DNA from: a virus
Taxonomy: Duplodnaviria; Caudoviricetes
Length of the DNA stretch: 25,874 nucleotides
Direction: 5' to 3' (one strand)
IMG/VR virus record: IMGVR_UViG_3300025267_000099
Coordinates: 1-25,874 of that record
The notes beneath the pieces are model-generated. The model was not told the DNA's origin, did not search any database, and saw nothing but the letters and a program-made list of their open reading frames with translations. Made by a program: the position numbers and the translations under genes. Each line of letters begins with the position of its first letter. Position 1 is the stretch's first letter. Shown in pieces: positions 23,461-25,874 of the stretch.

Positions 23461-25874
23461 ATGCCAACGGAAAAAGAAGACGAAGCAGAACTTGTAAAAA
23501 TTCAAGAAGAAATGAACAAGAAACTTGAAACTGCGAAAGAATTACAAAGACAGATCGGAAAACTTAAAGATGAAAATCTGAAAAGCGGTCAAACTGAATA
23601 TGACCGGCTTGTTAAACTTAATGACTTGGAGCAAAAAAAACTCGATGCCTTGAAAGAAGACCTTGTAACAAGGATTAAAACCGGAGAAATTGCTGCCGCG
23701 AGCCTCCGCACCGATGCGGAGGGTCTCAAGATTCAAAATGCTCTTAGAGAACAATATAAGGCTTTGGGAATTGACATCCTTGCCCTGGCAGATGAGCATG
23801 GAGACAGCGCGGAGGCTATGGAGGAAATAGAATTAAAAATTAACGCGGCCCATGAGAAAAGAATAGAACTTAAAAAAGAAGAAAAGAAACATTCTGAAAA
23901 TGTAAAATCATTAAATGACAAAATTGCCGGCTCATTGGGCATACAAACAGTTGCCTCCAAAACCATATCCGGACAAGCAGCCAATATGGCCAAGAGTCTC
24001 GTTATGGGGGGTGAAGGAACTCTGGCTATTTTATCTGATACATTTAATCTTAAAAATATAATGGCGAACGTTGTAGATGAAGTAATCAAAATAGCAATTG
24101 GCTTAGATGATGCCTCAAAATCATTTGGAAAGATGACAGGTTTTGGTAACCAAATGGCAGGAACATTTCAAGATGTGTACGCGAGTACAATAGCGGCCGG
24201 TGGTACGATTGAAGAGGCTAATCAAGCAATGGGAGCATTGGCCAATAATTTTGCTGCCTTTAATCCACAGGCCAAAGCCACAAACGAATACATGGCAACA
24301 AACCTTGTATTGATGCAAAAAATAGGTGTTGATAGCGTGGGAGCAGCCAAATCGATGGACTTCTTTACCAAAGCAATGGGTAAATCAGCAAAACAAGCCA
24401 CCGATATGACAAGAGAAATTGCAATGATGGGTAAAACAATGGGAGTGACCGCCTCTAAAATGATCTCGGACTTTCAGGCAGTCTCCGGAGACATTGCAAT
24501 GTACGGTAATAGAACAATGGATGTCTTTAAGAATTTGGCTGCACAGGCGAAGGCAACAGGCGTAGAAATGTCTAGTTTAGTCGCCGTTGGTAAACAGTTT
24601 GACACTTTTGAAGGCGCAGCAGATGTTAGTGCTAAACTTAATGCCGTATTGGGGACAAGTATTTCAACAATTGATATGATGAATATGTCATATGATCAAA
24701 GAATTGAATATCTTAAACAAGAAATGAGAAGCGTTGGGGCGAATATGGACTCGATGGATCCATACACACAAATGTATGTTGCACAAGCATTAGGTGTTGG
24801 CTCCGTCGCAGAGGCTCAAAAGCTTTTGAATGCATCTCAAGCAGATATTGATGCAAATCGAAGAAAACAAGAAGAAGCAAACAAAAGGCAAGAGGAACTT
24901 TTAGAATTAACAACACAATTGGTACCGATGGCTCATCAGTTATCGATGGCATTCGCTCAGATGGCTCTTGTTATGTCGCCCGTAATCTCTTTTTTAACTG
25001 CTATGTTTGAAGGAATATCAGTAGTAAACAGTGCGATGCATGGGATGATGATACCAACGATAATGGCTCTTATTGTTATTTGGGGCGTGTGGACGTCTAA
25101 GATTAAACTCGCAACTATAGCGACTGGAGCGTATAACCTCTGGCAGGGTTTAAAACTTATCTTGTTGAAGAGCACGACAGCCGGAACGATCCTCTCCACC
25201 GCCGCCGAGAACGGATCGGTTGTGGCGAAAATAGCTCTTGCCATCGCTGCCAAGATTGCCGCCGGTGGGCTGACTGCAATGGGAACAGCCCTTGTTTTTG
25301 CAACCGGTGGTTTAATTCTCATTTTACCAATTATCTTTGCACTTATCGGAGCCTTTTATGATCCTCATTCTCCTCCGTTTTATCTTATTTTTGGAGTTAT
25401 TGCAATTGCGATTATTGGTTTCGGATTTGCCATCATGGGTGTTATGCCTGTGATCATGGGTCTTATCCTTGGCGTAGTCGCTGCGGCAATAGCGATGGTC
25501 ACCATGTTTAATGCAATAAAATCAGGCGCACCAGTGGCAATGGAAATGTTCCAAATGTTTATCGACAATACTGATGTTTTACCACAAATTGCAGATGGTA
25601 TAATGTCCATAGCTGTGGCCATTGGAGCATTGGGAGTAGCAACTGCAGTGTCTTTGTCTGCTGTGCTTTTACTTTTTGCGGCAACCAGCGGCCTCGGGGC
25701 AGTTTTAGTTGGAATAGGAATGATTGGCGGGGGATTGATGTTAGCGGCGCTTGCGGTTTCCATGGAAAGGATCGGCACCGGCATGAAAAATTTTGGAGCT
25801 GGCTTAGCACAAATTAAATCAATAACTTCTGAGTTGAATGCCGCTACAGCAAATGGATTTTTGGCTGTTAGAAC
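23461..25874 (+). CDS. Tape measure protein (3'-truncated, >800 aa; missing from ORF track)
   Basis: Frame from ATG 23461 (MPTEKEDEAEL...) appears open to the window end. Ala/Gly/Met-rich helical sequence, an FDTFEGAA...AKLNAVLG segment and a long hydrophobic region; follows tube and chaperone genes. Confidence 0.85.
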   Translation, partial: MPTEKEDEAELVKIQEEMNKKLETAKELQRQIGKLKDENLKSGQTEYDRLVKLNDLEQKKLDALKEDLVTRIKTGEIAAASLRTDAEGLKIQNALREQYKALGIDILALADEHGDSAEAMEEIELKINAAHEKRIELKKEEKKHSENVKSLNDKIAGSLGIQTVASKTISGQAANMAKSLVMGGEGTLAILSDTFNLKNIMANVVDEVIKIAIGLDDASKSFGKMTGFGNQMAGTFQDVYASTIAAGGTIEEANQAMGALANNFAAFNPQAKATNEYMATNLVLMQKIGVDSVGAAKSMDFFTKAMGKSAKQATDMTREIAMMGKTMGVTASKMISDFQAVSGDIAMYGNRTMDVFKNLAAQAKATGVEMSSLVAVGKQFDTFEGAADVSAKLNAVLGTSISTIDMMNMSYDQRIEYLKQEMRSVGANMDSMDPYTQMYVAQALGVGSVAEAQKLLNASQADIDANRRKQEEANKRQEELLELTTQLVPMAHQLSMAFAQMALVMSPVISFLTAMFEGISVVNSAMHGMMIPTIMALIVIWGVWTSKIKLATIATGAYNLWQGLKLILLKSTTAGTILSTAAENGSVVAKIALAIAAKIAAGGLTAMGTALVFATGGLILILPIIFALIGAFYDPHSPPFYLIFGVIAIAIIGFGFAIMGVMPVIMGLILGVVAAAIAMVTMFNAIKSGAPVAMEMFQMFIDNTDVLPQIADGIMSIAVAIGALGVATAVSLSAVLLLFAATSGLGAVLVGIGMIGGGLMLAALAVSMERIGTGMKNFGAGLAQIKSITSELNAATANGFLAVR

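Larger units (their letters stand above)
1..25874 (+). mobile_element. Segment of a large T4-like myophage genome (head-neck-tail morphogenesis module)
   Basis: Co-oriented, tightly packed protease, scaffold, gp23-type capsid, neck, sheath, tube and tape-measure genes. No host housekeeping context or integration marks. Confidence 0.95.

Noticed and set aside
23542-25810. Minus-strand ORFs listed in the track at the right end
   Set aside because: Shadows of the + strand tape-measure frame starting at 23461, which the track omitted because it has no stop in the window.
1-25874. Stop-codon reassignment (alternative genetic code)
   Set aside because: Conserved genes are intact in the standard code; TAG and TGA end genes at the expected positions (e.g. 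4457, 17744, 21744, 23228).

Overview
This window is the virion-morphogenesis module of a large T4-like (myovirus-type) dsDNA phage. It is AT-rich, uses the standard genetic code, and every credible gene is on the + strand. Gene order: three head-region proteins (one apparently an ADP-ribosyltransferase + GNAT fusion), a CxxC membrane protein, a 19-codon ORF inside a GC-rich structured element, prohead protease (gp21-like), two small head proteins, a phage-encoded ribosomal protein bS21, a conserved virion protein, a short and a very long paralogous fibre-like protein, scaffold, major capsid protein (gp23-like), two small proteins, neck/head-closure/tail-terminator proteins (gp13/14/15-like), tail sheath (gp18-like), two tail-tube paralogues (gp19-like), a gp26-like/tail-assembly chaperone with a probable programmed frameshift extension, and a tape-measure gene that runs off the right edge and is absent from the ORF track. 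Eight intergenic ACTA(T/A/C)TTA motifs look like a late promoter, and three directly follow intrinsic terminators. All product calls come from recognised motifs and synteny; no database search was run.
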